From Octopus sinensis (Eukaryota): a stretch of DNA of 64,000 bases. This document shows positions 37,016 through 49,880 of this stretch, one piece after another (within the stretch, counting starts at the first letter, position 1; each line of letters starts with the position of its first letter). The stretch is taken from assembly GCF_006345805.1 (NCBI RefSeq), contig NC_043010.1:52514001-52578000 (forward strand). The letters run 5' to 3'. The notes beneath the pieces were generated by a model that worked only from the letters and a program-made list of their open reading frames with translations, was not told the DNA's origin and ran no database searches. The position numbers and the translations under genes were made by a program.

Positions 37016-37452
37016 AGGAGTGGCTGTGTGGTAAGTAGCTTGCTTACCATGCTTACCATCCACATGGTTCCGGGTTCAGTCCCACTGCGCGGCACCTTGG
37101 GCAAGTGTCTTCTACTATAGCCTTGGGCCGACCAAGGCCTTGTGAGTGGATTTGGTAGACAGAAACTGAAAGAAGCCCGTCGTATATATGTATATATATA
37201 TATATATATATATACGCGTGTGTGTGTTTGTGTGGCTGTGTTTGTGTGGCTGTGTTTGTCCCCCTAGCATTGCTTGACAACCGGTGCTGGTGTGTTTATG
37301 TCCCCATCACTTAGCGGTTTGGCAAAAGAGACCGATAGAATAAGTACTGGGCTTACAAAGAATAAGTCCCGGGGTCGAGTTGCTTGACTAAAGGCGGTGC
37401 TCCAGCATGGCCACAGTCAAATGACTGAAACAAGTAAAAGAGAGTAAAGAGT
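37016..37452 (+). mobile_element. SINE family B with a 9-bp duplication in the head
   Basis: TGCTTACCA occurs twice, at 37041-37049 and 37050-37058. Confidence 0.92.
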
Positions 37453-37779
37453 ATATAAAAGTTAAACTCAGATATCTTTAGCAATATAAAGCTACTTCTG
37501 TACAAGTGGGTTTCTTGAAAGCAAATGAAGTTCTCGAGAGAAGGGATTAGATGCCGAGTTCTAGGAAAAAATTTAGTTTCATTTTCTTTGTAAATGAAAA
37601 GGTAATGTACAAGCTTTTCTTTGGATTATGTGGGTTGGGTCATAAATAGCCTGTGTAATTACTGTTATCAGGCCCGCCTGCTGATATGTGATGTGTGTAT
37701 GTGAGGGGAAGGGGTATCGGTGTTTGCATGCATGTAGATGTGTGTGTGTGGGGGGGTGCATGGTATAATATAATTTTTA

Positions 37780-38005
37780 TCTTTACTTGTTTCAGTCATC
37801 AGACTGTGGCCATGCTGGAGCAGCATCTGCAATAATTTTAACTGAAAAAAATTGGCCCTGGTACTCATTAATTTTGTTTTTTATTTTTTCAAAGCTTGGT
37901 ACTTATTCTATCAGTGTCTTTTGCCAAACTGCTGAGTTACAGGACGTAAAGACACCACCAACACTGGTTGTCAAGTGGTGGTGGAGAACAATCACAGACA
38001 CAACA

Positions 38006-38044
<39 letters not shown>

Positions 38045-38219
38045 GATAGATAGATATAAATATATATACGATGGACTTCTTCCAGTTTTCATCAGCCAAA
38101 TCCACTCAAACGGCTTTAGTCGACCTAAGACTATAGTTGATGATACATGCCCAAGGTGTCACGTAGTGGAACTGAACCTGGAACCATGTGGTTGGGTAGT
38201 AAACTTCTTCCTACACAGC

Positions 38220-38222
<3 letters not shown>
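37780..38222 (-). mobile_element. Diverged SINE, family B
   Basis: Match to other B copies. Confidence 0.82.
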
Positions 38223-38268
<46 letters not shown>

Positions 38269-38351
38269 AATATTAGGGAATAAATCCAAATTTACAGGGA
38301 AAAATCAGATTTAGGATTGAATCCAATTTTATAGTAAAATATTATATAATA

Positions 38352-38397
<46 letters not shown>

Positions 38398-38409
38398 TTT
38401 ATAGAAGGA

Positions 38410-38459
38410 GCTTCTACAGGACTAGAACTGTTTCATTCAAATGAAATCATCAGGAAGCC
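38410..38459 (-). ncRNA. Type I hammerhead ribozyme motif
   Basis: GCUUC CUGAUGA U-UUC-AUUU-GAA-U GAAA CAG-UUCUAGUCC-CUG UA GAAGC: complete core, stems I-III, GUA cleavage triplet; 10.1/11.1 is a U-U mismatch. Confidence 0.7.
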
Positions 38460-38568
38460 TGATGATGATAGTTAATCCAAACAAGAAAGCACAAAAAAAC
38501 ACAACAACACGAGGATGTGGAACAAATATAGTATTATTGGATGCTCAGGAAAGAAGGAAAGAAGGAGG

Positions 38569-38603
38569 GTTTAACATTTCGAGCGGAGCTCTTCGTCAGA
38601 AAC
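38569..38603 (-). ncRNA. Minimal type I hammerhead motif
   Basis: GUUU CUGACGA A GAGC-UCC-GCUC GAAA UGUU AAAC. A more degenerate relative lies at 38805-38840. Confidence 0.6.
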
Positions 38604-39619
38604 ATAGGAAAAGGAAAGATCCAGAGAAGGGAAGACAGAGAAAAAAAAATCGCAAACGGTACACACGAGGTCACATTTTGAAAGACCGGAAATATATATA
38701 TATATATATACACAGTTGAAATTTATAGAAAAACAAAAGACGAAGACAGGCATATGAGCAACAAGCAGGTGTATTAGTTTGATGCTCTGGAAAATAAAAA
38801 AAATCTTTTATGCTTTGAGCCTATGCTCTTCATCAGAAAGTAATCAGAGAAAATAAACAGAGAGAGAATGAAAAAAATCTTACAGATTTCAGTAGTCCAA
38901 CATGGCGAATGATTGGAAAAAAAGTTTGAAAGAAAAGGAGAAGGTAATAAAAAAAAAAGAGGTTGAAAGAAAGCAAGATAATAAAGTGCTGGCAGTCCCA
39001 AGATGTGCTCAAGCATTTGTGTGTCTATTAGAATGGTGTGTGTGAGTGTGTGTCTGTGTAACATGTATGTGTAGCAGTTGAGGTGTACTTTTTCATGTGG
39101 TGTGTGCACATATATATATGTATACGAGCAAAATGCCCCCCATCCAATGGACGGTGCTGAATCATATCTGCTGAATAAAAAGCAATCAGTGTTTTCTTTC
39201 CATTAAAAATAATTAAGCATGCCTTTATTTCAATAAAATTTTTGGTTTTGTTAAACGAAGTTAAGGCAAAAAAAAATTCTTGAGAAACCAAATAGTCATT
39301 CCTTCCTTCATGCCAAGTTTGAAGAAAATATCTCTTTTGCTTCTTACTTTTTTGGTCTCTTAAATATACTGCATTTTGTGGCATTATTTCAAGCCAGCTG
39401 GCTTTTTTGCGCAAACTGCATGTACGAAGTGAAAGCCTAAAGGCAGGAACATAGGAGATGGACCAAGAGGTGTTGGCAGTCGGCAGTGAATAAATAAATA
39501 CATTCATGTACCTACATAGAAAAGCATTACCAATGAGAAAGTGTGTATGTGGAAAATGCTAGAAATAATTCTTCCCTCTCTAAGGATCAAATCGATATTA
39601 TTTTGTTAGCTAGATGAAT

Positions 39620-40810
39620 GGTTATAGAATTCAAGGGTAAATTGTGGACTAGGTGTGATACCCCAGATAATTTTGATATAACAATGGAAGCTTGTGACTC
39701 TGCTCTGGACACTTATCTTGATGGTATATATTTTTCCAATACTACAGAGTGGTCTGTATATGGATGATGTTTTATTCATAATTCCTACCAACATATTATT
39801 GAAAGAATTAGGAAAAAACTCAGGAATTTCTTTAAGAATTATCTAGAAATAACTTTTGAATACAAAACTAAGAGTGCTAATTTCTTACATGCTACTCTGG
39901 ACCTTAAATTAGGCCTCTGTTACCTTTATAGAAAACCTTTGGCAGTTACTACCTATATAAACCACTTATCTAACCATTCTTCTTTTGTAATTAAGTCTTC
40001 AATAACAGGTATTTCAACTAGAATTTTTCAACTTTTTGCTAGTGTAGAAATATTCAATGCATATGCTCATAACTACAACTCGATCTGTCTAGAGTAGGTT
40101 ATAAGTAAAGTATTGAATTTTGCCCAGTGATTGATAAAACTACTGGCTGCACTATGCCTAATGATAATGAGTGTCTTACTAGAGGTCTGGGGAAATTTAA
40201 GAAAAAAGATAAATTCTATAGGAAGGGTACCAAGAAATAATTGTAATAACCCAACTAGTGAACCTATAAATGATAATTATGGTAGTAATAACAATGTTAA
40301 TCACAGCAATGAAACAAATAATGACTAACAGGATATGCACTATTGTGGTATTGCTGTTTGTAATAAAACTACAACAGATGAAAGTAAAGATAAACTGAGA
40401 ACTCGTGGCTGTCCAAATAATACCACTGATCATGATTATTGTCAACCTAATAACTACAGAAACTATTGGGCTAAATGCGGTACAGCAAGAAATCAAAACA
40501 GATTATGTAATGATGACATCTGGTTTAACTCACCTAGGAACTTTGCAACCGCTACTAACATCTCTGAAAGGTTATGCCTTTTATTAGAAAAAACTCCCTT
40601 CTTTCCAACAAGGACCATAAAATATTTTGCAAAAGGAAAGTTACGATTTCTTACTCTACCCTTTCTAATCTAGGGACTATAATGGCAGCTTTTGATAGCT
40701 GTAATATTATGTTAGCCTCAAATTATAATCTGAGTGGATCAATTAGAAATATAAACACTAGATGAATTACTGATACAACTAATACAGTCCTAAAATGTAG
40801 CTGTGGTCAT
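39620..40810 (+). mobile_element. Decayed Penelope-like element (RT C-terminal half and linker)
   Basis: FDITMEACDSA, GLYMDDVLF (39757), YRKP..YINHLSNH, DDIWFNSP, HKIF..ISYSTLSNLGTI. Confidence 0.82.
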
Positions 40811-41391
40811 TGCCATCATCGTCGTCGTCGTCATAGTAGTAGTAGTAGTAGTAGTAGTAGTCCTTTCTACTACAGGCACAAGGCTGAAATTTGGCAGGAG
40901 GGGGCTAGTGAATTACATCGTCCCCAATGGTTCACCAGTACTTTATCAACCCTGAAAGGATGAAAGGCAAGGTCAACCTCTCATCCTTAACAAATTAACT
41001 GAAAATAATAATAATAATAATGACTTCAAATTTTGACTCGAAGCCAGCAATTTTGGGGTAGGGGTTACGTTAATTGTATCAACCCCAGTACTCAACTGGT
41101 CTTTATTTTATCAATCCCAAAAGGATTTCTGCATCAGCTAGCAGAAATTTGGTCATCATTAACCCTATTAGGGAGCATCATATTAATGATGGTATGGACA
41201 GGCATGTGGAAACAATCACTGGTACTAACAGCAGGTGCTTAGCTACAGCTAGCAGTTAATGCAGTCAAGCATGAATGAACTGGATTACTACTAAAACCTC
41301 TTTGTATGCATTTAGGTTCATTATTCCTATTACAGCTACTTTGTTTAGTATAAACCATCATACTATTTGAATTATTGATTTTCTTTCTATT

Positions 41392-41423
<32 letters not shown>

Positions 41424-41439
41424 AATATACGAAGCCCAG

Positions 41440-41930
41440 TATACCCATTGTGACTACTCGTCTGATAACGGTACACCAGGCACATGCATCACAACCATAT
41501 GTGCGTGACATAGTGATCTCATATCAAGATAAACAGCACATGACCTTACAGGTAGGGCCCAGTTAGAATTTTCTTCAGGTCAAGTAGCCCATCCTGCTCA
41601 AAAGGTCCCTGAATAAGGGTTGTTTAAGGATGTTGAACGAAACACCCATGTTTCCAGAGGTGAATTATTCAAACTCCCAAAGAATCCCTCTCAACACATG
41701 GCTATGATGCTCCCCCTCTACTTCTGCTTGTGATCAAAGATGCACATGTCGTCAGCCTCTAAGGGTCATGCTCAACTGGTTAAGGTCAATCAACTGACAA
41801 GCAAATCTGTGATATTGAGCAGAATATTTGCTATAGTCTATCTTTTATACCAAGACAAAACAATGTACATGATATCACTTTCAATCAGTTAAGATCAGAA
41901 GCCATGAGAGCCACTGCCTGGTACTGCATC
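41440..41930. repeat. Probable interspersed repeat of unknown class, between (GTT)n and (ATT)n tracts
   Basis: GC-richer block bounded by trinucleotide tracts; only one copy in the window, so the call is weak. Confidence 0.35.
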
Positions 41931-41991
41931 TGGGTAATTATTATTATTATTATTATTATTATCATTATTATTATTGCTGTTGCTGTTGTAA

Positions 41992-42300
41992 GGCGGTGAG
42001 CTGGTAGAAATGTTAGCCTGCCGGGCGAAATGCTTAGCAGCATTACATTCTGAGCTCAAATTCCACCGAGGCCGACCTTGCTTTTCATCCTTTCGAGGTT
42101 GATAAATTAAGTATGAGTTACATATTGGAGTCAATCTAATCAACTGGCCCCCTCCCACCAAATTTCAGGCCTTGTGTCTAGAGTAGAAAAGAATATTATG
42201 TCTCTCTGTGAAGGTGGTAAGCCGACAGAATCATTAGCATGCTGGGTAAAATGCTTTGTGGAATTTCATCTGTCTTTAAGATCTGAGTTCAAATTCTGCT
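41992..42300 (+). mobile_element. Two tandem SINE family A copies
   Basis: GGCGGTGAGCTGGTAG head at 41992 and a second head at 42212. Confidence 0.82.
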
Positions 42301-42399
42301 GTAGTAAGCATGTGAATCTGAGAGGGGAATATGTTGAATAAAATCGTAATTATTTTCCTTTACTCAAAGCTGGGAACTTTCCAGCACCCTCTCATATAT

Positions 42400-43720
42400 T
42401 TACCTATAGGTGAAATAAACATCAGAGATTCATGGTCCCACACAGAAACCGAAGGAGCTACTCAGAGATATTGCATGCTCTTCTTCTGAATCCATCAGAA
42501 GATCAGAAACCTTTTCTTATCATCAGCAGGCATCTCAGGGTTACAAGCATTTTACCTCTTATCCTGTATGCTTTGCCTGAATAGGGCAATAGAGACTAAA
42601 TTAGTCTTCCCCTGCAGAAGGGTTCTGCCTGTGATCTCTAGCCAACCACTATTAGTTTGTGTTGGTTTCAGCTGCCATGCCTATCTCCTTAAGGGCTTTT
42701 TTCAGATGTCTGGATTCCAGACCAATCTTCTTTGAGAAATAGTGCACTGACCACGCTAGAACACTGTGACAGCTGACTTCAGTAGGGAACAAGGCTGTGT
42801 ACCCATCCCTTGACGAGTACCTCATTAATCAAATCCTGATATTTGGTTTTTTTCAGCTGGTGAGAAAAGACAAGCCTGTCCTCTCGAAGCACAATGACTG
42901 ATTTTGCGCTGCTGGATAGCAGGAACATGTCTGGTGAAATGAGTCTATCTTCAAGTCCACTTGCATCTCTGAGTGTGAGGTTGAATACAATATAGAGAAA
43001 AACATCTCAAAGTGTTGCTTCTATCTTATGAATCTCATCAACTTACTTTAGGAATCTGATACCCATGGGTGGTGATGACTGCTTTTTGTTGGCCTTAACT
43101 TTCTGCAGTTCATGCCATTTGGCGATTTCTGTAAGGATCTTGTCATACTTCTATTTGTATCAACCTTCTCTTTGTGCCCTAGGGAATCCTGTTAAAATGT
43201 GGTTCAAGGTGCAAAAGCTTGCTCTTCACTGCTCGCAAGATGGGTCTTCTCTTTTACCTTATAGTTTAAAGTTATTCAAGGTTAGTAAATAGTTAGTGAT
43301 GGCACACAAGAGGAAGGACAATTTCCCCTAGTAGGATGTCTGGAATTCCCTCCAGAAGAACAGGTGCTTGAGTGTCTGGTCCCACTGCATCTATTGACTC
43401 TGGTAGGCAAGTGCTAGCTCTTTTACATGGCAATTCGTCTGTTGAATTATGGATCCTATGCACTATGAGCTCCCTCTTGCCTCTGGCATTGGAATTTTTC
43501 CACCTGCTGGGTCTCTTAAAATTACTGGATGCAAGAAAAATTTTGCTAATTTGCAAGCTGGAGAATACATTTCCCAGGGCAAACTTGAAACTGTTCTCAT
43601 GATGTCATCTTTTTTGCATCAGATATGCATGTAAGCCAACAGTTTCTTTAGCTTCATTGTATGTCTAATAGTAGTGAATCACAAAAACCTTGGTGAAATA
43701 GCCAGTGAAATAGGTCTTAA
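42400..43720 (-). mobile_element. Decayed RLE non-LTR retrotransposon, HERO-like
   Basis: FLLCAITNYLLTLNNFKL*GKREDPSC..TLNHILTG..KYDKIL; PDMFLLSSSAKSVIVL..EDRLVFSHQLKK..GW..PTEVSC..KKIGLE..AAE. Confidence 0.72.
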
Positions 43721-43777
43721 TAGTATGAACTCTAGGGATCTCTGTAAAAAACCTACATTGTTGAAAGAAATACATAG

Positions 43778-43941
43778 GCACAGGAGTGGCTGTGTGGTAA
43801 GTAGCTTGCTTACCAAACACATGGTTCCTGGTTCAGTCCCCCTACTGCATGGCACCTCGGGCAAGTGTCTTCTACTATAGCCTTGGACTGACCAAAGCCT
43901 TGTGAGTGGATTTGGTAGATGGAAACTGAAAGAAGCCCATC

Positions 43942-43980
<39 letters not shown>

Positions 43981-44200
43981 CTATATATGTATGTATATGT
44001 TTGTGTGTCTGTGTTTGTCCCCCCAACATTGCTTGACAACCAATGCTGGTGTGTTTACGTCTCTGTCACTTAGCAGTTCGGCAAGAGAGACCGATAGAAT
44101 CAGTACTAGGCTTCCAAAGAATAAGTCCTGGGGTCGATTTGCTTGACTAAAGGGGGTGTTCCAGCATGGCCGCAGTCAAATAACTGAAACAAATAAAAGA
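43778..44200 (+). mobile_element. SINE family B
   Basis: Match to other B copies. Confidence 0.9.
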
Positions 44201-44889
44201 AAAAACAGAAAAAAAATACTTTATGATTTTGGAGTCCAGTCACCTCTTGAACATTGAAAAATTTCAAGCAAGATTTGTCTGTATTCCAGTTGCTGTATGT
44301 CTGTCTCAAGTGTTGCTACCTATGTATTCAAACTAAGATGTGAAAACCTTGAGGGGAAATTCCAGACTGAGGTAAATGCCTGGTTCTGAATGAGTTACAT
44401 CATCAAAAAGAAAAAAAATTAATAAAATGAAATGAAAATAAAAACATAGAAAAGAAAAGAAAAAAAACAATAACAAAATCAAACTAATAATAATTTTATT
44501 CAAATTAGAGCTCATTTTTTTTCAGTTCTAGAACTCAGAACGTAGCGGCAGATGAAATACGGCTACGCATTTCGCCCGGTGTGCTAACGTTTCTGCGAGC
44601 AAATGTATTACAATCAACTGAACATTTCACAAAGAAAATTAGTTTATAAGATAATTAAGGAAGGTTTTTTTTTTTTTGCTCTTCATTTCTGTCCTAAATT
44701 TTAAAGAGTCTGTTGTAGATATAATGGATTTGATCTACTCTCGTATGCTGACAGAGGATCTGTAAAAAAAAAAAAAATGAGAAAGAGATGTGAAACTGAA
44801 TCTTTTTAAAATTAAAGGTGGTTGTTATACTGAGAAGAATATCAAAATACAAACAAAAAAATCATAATAATAATAATAATAATAATAAC

Positions 44890-45060
44890 ATCGAAAAATA
44901 CCTTAGGAATGAGAACCCAGGTTAAAAATTTCCCCAAGACACCTGATAAAGGCTGGAGGGTATATTAGCCAAAATGTTGTGTTAACAACAAACAAGATGA
45001 GGACAAATATCTGTCAAAAGTAAATAATGTACATAATTCCTCATCTCTTAAATATAGAGC
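44890..45060 (+). mobile_element. Penelope-like terminal repeat with a degenerate hammerhead at 44939-44982
   Basis: ACAC CTGATAA A GGCTG..TAGCC AAAA TGTT GTGT; same family as 10989-11190. Confidence 0.65.
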
Positions 45061-45599
45061 TGTCTTTGACTTCTGTCTCTTCAGTTCAATGAAAGGCAGT
45101 CTTCAGAGACCATGATTTGATGACACAGGCAGGGTGAAAGTGACTGTGAAGATATGGGTATGAGTGGGTGCTGAAAAGTATCTGGCTGGAAGCCCAAACT
45201 TACAAGTTATTTAGGGCTTAGAAAAAGTGATATGACTACTGCAGTAAGTGTGTGAATCTGAGAGGGGAATATGTTGAATAAAATCATAATTAACTGATCC
45301 TCCTGTATTTTCTTATACTCCAAATCAGGAACTTTGGAGCAAAGTTCCTGTTGTATGAGCACCTCATACAACAGTGCACATTTGAATTTTTTTCAAAGTG
45401 GATTCAAGAGCTGGATTTAATGGTGACATAATTGCATTGGTTGTGATGGAAACTATGTTTAATACCACCTTTGTAAAGTGGAAGAGTTACTATATCGACA
45501 TATCTATTTGAATGACGTATGTCTATTAAAATAAAAGAACAAAAAAAAAAATTTTGTCCATTTTTGTATTCGATTTTCAGGCACGGGTAGGAAGATTCC

Positions 45600-45975
45600 T
45601 TCCCAACCACATGGTTCCAGGTTCAATCCCACTGCATGGCACCTTGGGTAAATATCTTCTAATATAGCCTTGGGTTGACAAAATCCTTGTGAGTGGATTC
45701 GGTTAATGGAAACTGGAAAAAGCCTCTGTGTGTGTGTGTTTGTGTGAGCATGTTTGTGTCAGTGTTCATCTCTCACCACTGCTTGACAACCAGTGTTGGT
45801 GTGTTTATGTCCCTGAAACCTAGCAGTTCAGCAAAAGAGACTGATAAAACAAGCACCAGGTTAAACAAAAAGTAAGTCCTGGAGTTGATTCATTTGCTTA
45901 AAAAATTCTCCAAAGAAGTGCCCCAGCATGGCCGCAGTCTAATGACTGAAACAAGTAAAAGATAAAAGATAAAAA
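45600..45975 (+). mobile_element. Diverged SINE, family B
   Basis: Match to other B copies. Confidence 0.82.
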
Positions 45976-46059
45976 GATGATGGTAACACAAAGACTTTAA
46001 AACACCAAATGATGATGCAAATTAGTGCTCTTGTGCCCATATTGAAAATGAATTTTAAC

Positions 46060-46601
46060 ATTGGTCACAAATTTTGGCACAAGGCCAGCAATTTTGGCGG
46101 AAGGGTAAGTCAATTGCACCAGCCCCAGTGCTCAATAATAATAATAATCCTTTCTACTAAAAGCACAAGGCCTGAAATTTGGGGGAGGAGATAGTCAATT
46201 AGATTGACCCCAGTACTCAACTGGCATTTATTTTATTAAGCCCCCAAAATATGAAAGGTAAAGTCCACCTTGGCAGAATGTGATCTCTGCCCTTCATTGA
46301 ATGTAAAGACAGATAAGATGCCATTAAGCATTTTGCCAGATGTCTTAATTCTGCCAGCTTCATGCCTTTGTAATAATAATGATGGTTTCAAATTTTGTCA
46401 CAAGGGCAGCAATTTTGGGGGAGGGGATGAGTCGATTACATCGACCCCAGTGCATAACTGGTACTTATTTTATCAACCCCAAAAGGATGTCAGGTAAAGT
46501 CGACCCCGACAGCATTTGAATCCAGAACACGAAGACAGACAAAATACCGCTGAGCATTTTGCTTGGCATGCTAATGATTTTGCCTGCTTACTGCCTTAAT
46601 A

Positions 46602-46639
<38 letters not shown>

Positions 46640-47345
46640 CAATCCTTTCTATAAAGAATAAGCCCTGAAATTTTGGGGGAGAGGACAAGTCAATTACATC
46701 AACTCCAGTGTTTCACTGGTACTTAATTTATTGACCCCAAAAGAATGAAAGGCAAAGTTGACCCCCAACGTCATTTGAACTCAGAACATAAAGACAGATG
46801 AAATACTGCTAAGCATTTCGCCCAGTGTGCTAACAATTCTGCCAGTTCAGTGCCCTAATAATAATTATTTCAAATTTTTGCCACAAGAGTAGCTTGGGGA
46901 AGGTAAGGATGAGTTGATTACATCGACCCCAGTGTTTCACTGGTATTTAATTTATCGACCACCAAAAGATGAAAGACAAAAATCAATCTCAGCGGAATTT
47001 GAACTCAGAATGTAGCGACAGATAGAATACCGCTAAGCATTTCCTCCAGTGTGCTAGCAATTCTGCCTGCCCAGCTAATGATGATGATGATGATGGTGAT
47101 GGTGGTCGTCGCGAATGTGATGATGATGATGATGATGATTCTTTCTACTATAGTGGCAAGGGGTAGTCAATTATATTAATTAACCCCAGTACTCAACTGG
47201 TGCTTATTTTATCAACCCCAAAGGGATAAAAGGCAAAGTCAACCTTGGTGGATCTGAACAGAGAACATAGAGACAGATGAAATACTGCTAAGCATTTTGC
47301 TTGGCCTGGCACAGTAACGATTTTGCCAGCTCACTGGCTTAAAGA
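46060..47345 (-). mobile_element. Head-to-tail array of about six diverged family A SINEs
   Basis: Units at about 46060, 46148, 46381, 46643, 46866 and 47140, separated by (TAA)n or (GAT)n. Another copy at 48482-48692. Confidence 0.85.
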
Positions 47346-47399
47346 TAATCAAGTGTTAATAATATACTCCACTAACCCACTTGCACCATTTACATTCCT

Positions 47400-47744
47400 T
47401 CATCTTTGAATGAATTCATTTCTTTCAGTTCTACGGGTAGTGAAGCTCTTCCTATTCTTTTCCATATATGCCCCTCCACTGACATTTTTCTCATTAAACA
47501 TGTCATAAGTTTTTTGCTCAGAAAACTCCTGTAGCATAGACAATTTCTCTGGGCCATACGGATCCTGTGGGTTATCCGGTCCCGGTGGGTGATCCGATTT
47601 CGGCTTATATGAATTCGGTTTCGGTGGCTTATTTGAATTCGGTTTCGGTGGCTTATATGAATTCGGTTGCCGTTGATTTGCAGCTACTACAGTATATATT
47701 GCTATAGCAACTGAAACTCCATACACAATCCAAAACCATGGCAT
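47400..47744 (-). CDS. Candidate 114-aa small membrane or secreted protein with PNSYKPPK repeats
   Basis: Acceptor TTTTTTTTCATCTAG ends at 47765, ATG follows exactly 20 nt later; hydrophobic N-terminus MPWFWIVYGVSVAIAIYTVVAA; in-frame 24-nt repeats at 47611, 47635 and 47659. Confidence 0.55.
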   Translation of the reverse strand: MPWFWIVYGVSVAIAIYTVVAANQRQPNSYKPPKPNSNKPPKPNSYKPKSDHPPGPDNPQDPYGPEKLSMLQEFSEQKTYDMFNEKNVSGGAYMEKNRKSFTTRRTERNEFIQR

Positions 47745-49587
47745 TTTAATGCTTTAGGAAATTTCTAGATGAAAAAAAATAGGGATATTACATTAAAATC
47801 AACAACAACAGCAAAAAAAGAAACTAGTTATACTGGCATATGTAGAGGGAAAGAGAGTGAGGGAGAGAAAGAGATAGAGAAACTGACCAACAGACACACA
47901 AATATATTTTCAATCAACTATTTGTTGGTTTTGTTTAACCTTATAATCAGAGGTGTTCCAAGTTTGACCATCCTGCCTTGTCTGTGTTTGATTACATTAT
48001 CAGATGTATCATCTTTTCTTTGTTAAACTAGTAAGGTTTTTTTTTTTGAGGGACACTAGGCTGCAATTTCCAGCAAGTTGAGTGAGCATGCAGTTGCCCT
48101 CCACCCAGAAGGACAGATTGGAAGCTGAAGTATTTCTTAGGCAGTCATAAATTCTAAGTAGTACAAGAGGAGATGGAACCATATAATGTAGAAAGCAACT
48201 GAACCATGGACCAGATCTGTGAAATGAGATGGTAAACAGAACCATAAAAAAGCAAAGAGTCAGGCCTGGAAAGAATGGAAGAAAAGGCAAGAAATAAAGA
48301 ACATTACTAGGTAGCTAGAAGCGAAGCTAAATGGCAGGTGTAATTAACAAGGAGACAGGCTGAAAATAAGTATTTTACTAAGTTTTGAAATTTAAAGATC
48401 AGAAATGTGAAGTGTTTTGCATTGCAAATTTTCTGCCTGTATGGATATGGTACACTGGTGAAAAGTATGTATACATAATCCATTCTTCTATAGGTACAAG
48501 GCCTGAAATTTTGAGGGTGGGGACAAGTCATTTACATTGACCCCAGTGTGTAACTGGTACTTAATTTATTGGCTCTGAAAGGATGAAAGGTAAAGTCGAC
48601 CTCAGCAGAATTTGAACTCAGAACATAGCAATGGGTGAAATACTGCTAAGCATTTTGCCCGGCGTGATAACAACTTTGCCAGCTTGCCGTCTTAGAGTGT
48701 GTATCGAGAAGAATGAAGCATGGCAATGCAACTACAAGAGGTTACTAAAAGAGGAGAATGTTTGAGAGAAAGAGAAAGAGAGAGAGTGAGAGGGAGGGAG
48801 AGAGAAACAGACAGAAGAGAGAGAGAAAGGGGGAGAGAAAGAGAGAGAGAGAGCCAAAGTAAGTGAAGCAGAATTGAGAGAGGAATCAGGAATCAGTAAT
48901 TGAAATGATGGACTCTCTTATCGTTAGACGAAGTATGAGGGTTTGACAATTTCTTACTGAACAACCACACAGATGATTTGTTAATAGTGATCAAATGTTT
49001 GCGTAGACATAAGCTCACTCCCTCCATCAGATCGACATTACCTGTACAGGTGCAAAGGGTGCCAAATGTCAGATGTCGAAATTATTGAGGAGCAATGTGA
49101 AAAGAAGTGTTTTGCTCAAGACCACAATGCATCGTCTAGTCTGGGAATCAAACCCATGATCTTGCGATCGTAAGTACAACACCCTAACCGCTAAGCCATA
49201 TGCCTTCACAAGCTATATATATAATCACATAACTGGCGCACATAACTTTGGGCAATATGCTGTGCTTGAGAGGACCTGTTGAGTCAAGTGAAATTGTTGA
49301 CATGGCTGATGCCAATACCACATATGAAAAACACCATTTGAACATGGTCATTGCGCTACCTGACTGGCTCCCGTAAAAAGGACCATTTGAGTGTGGTCGA
49401 GGCCAGTGCTGCCCAACTGTAAAAAGCACTCACTACACTCTCAGAGTGGTTGGCGTTAGGAAGAAACCTTGCTAGATCAGATTGGAGCCTGGTGCAGCCT
49501 CCTGGCTTGCCATTCCTTAGTCAAACTGTCCAACACATGCCAGCATGGAAAGTGGACGTTGAACGATGTTGATAACATAATACATAT

Positions 49588-49649
<62 letters not shown>

Positions 49650-49663
<14 letters not shown>

Positions 49664-49813
49664 ATACGATGGGCTTCTTTCAGTTTCTGTCTACAAGGCT
49701 TTGGTCGGCTCGAGGCTATAGCAGAAGACACTTGCCCAAGGTGCCATGCAGTGGGACTGAACCCAGAACCACATGGTTGGTAAGCAAGCCACTTACCACA
49801 CAGCCACTCCTGC
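49650..49813 (-). mobile_element. 5' half of SINE family B
   Basis: Head and CORE-like region only. Confidence 0.85.
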
Positions 49814-49816
49814 ACT

Positions 49817-49847
<31 letters not shown>

Positions 49848-49880
49848 TACAGGAACACATACAGTATATATATATATATA

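Noticed and set aside
39028-39507. 159-aa minus-strand ORF
   Set aside because: Ends in a microsatellite and has no motif; a faint QYI*ET resemblance to GIY-YIG in another frame is too weak.
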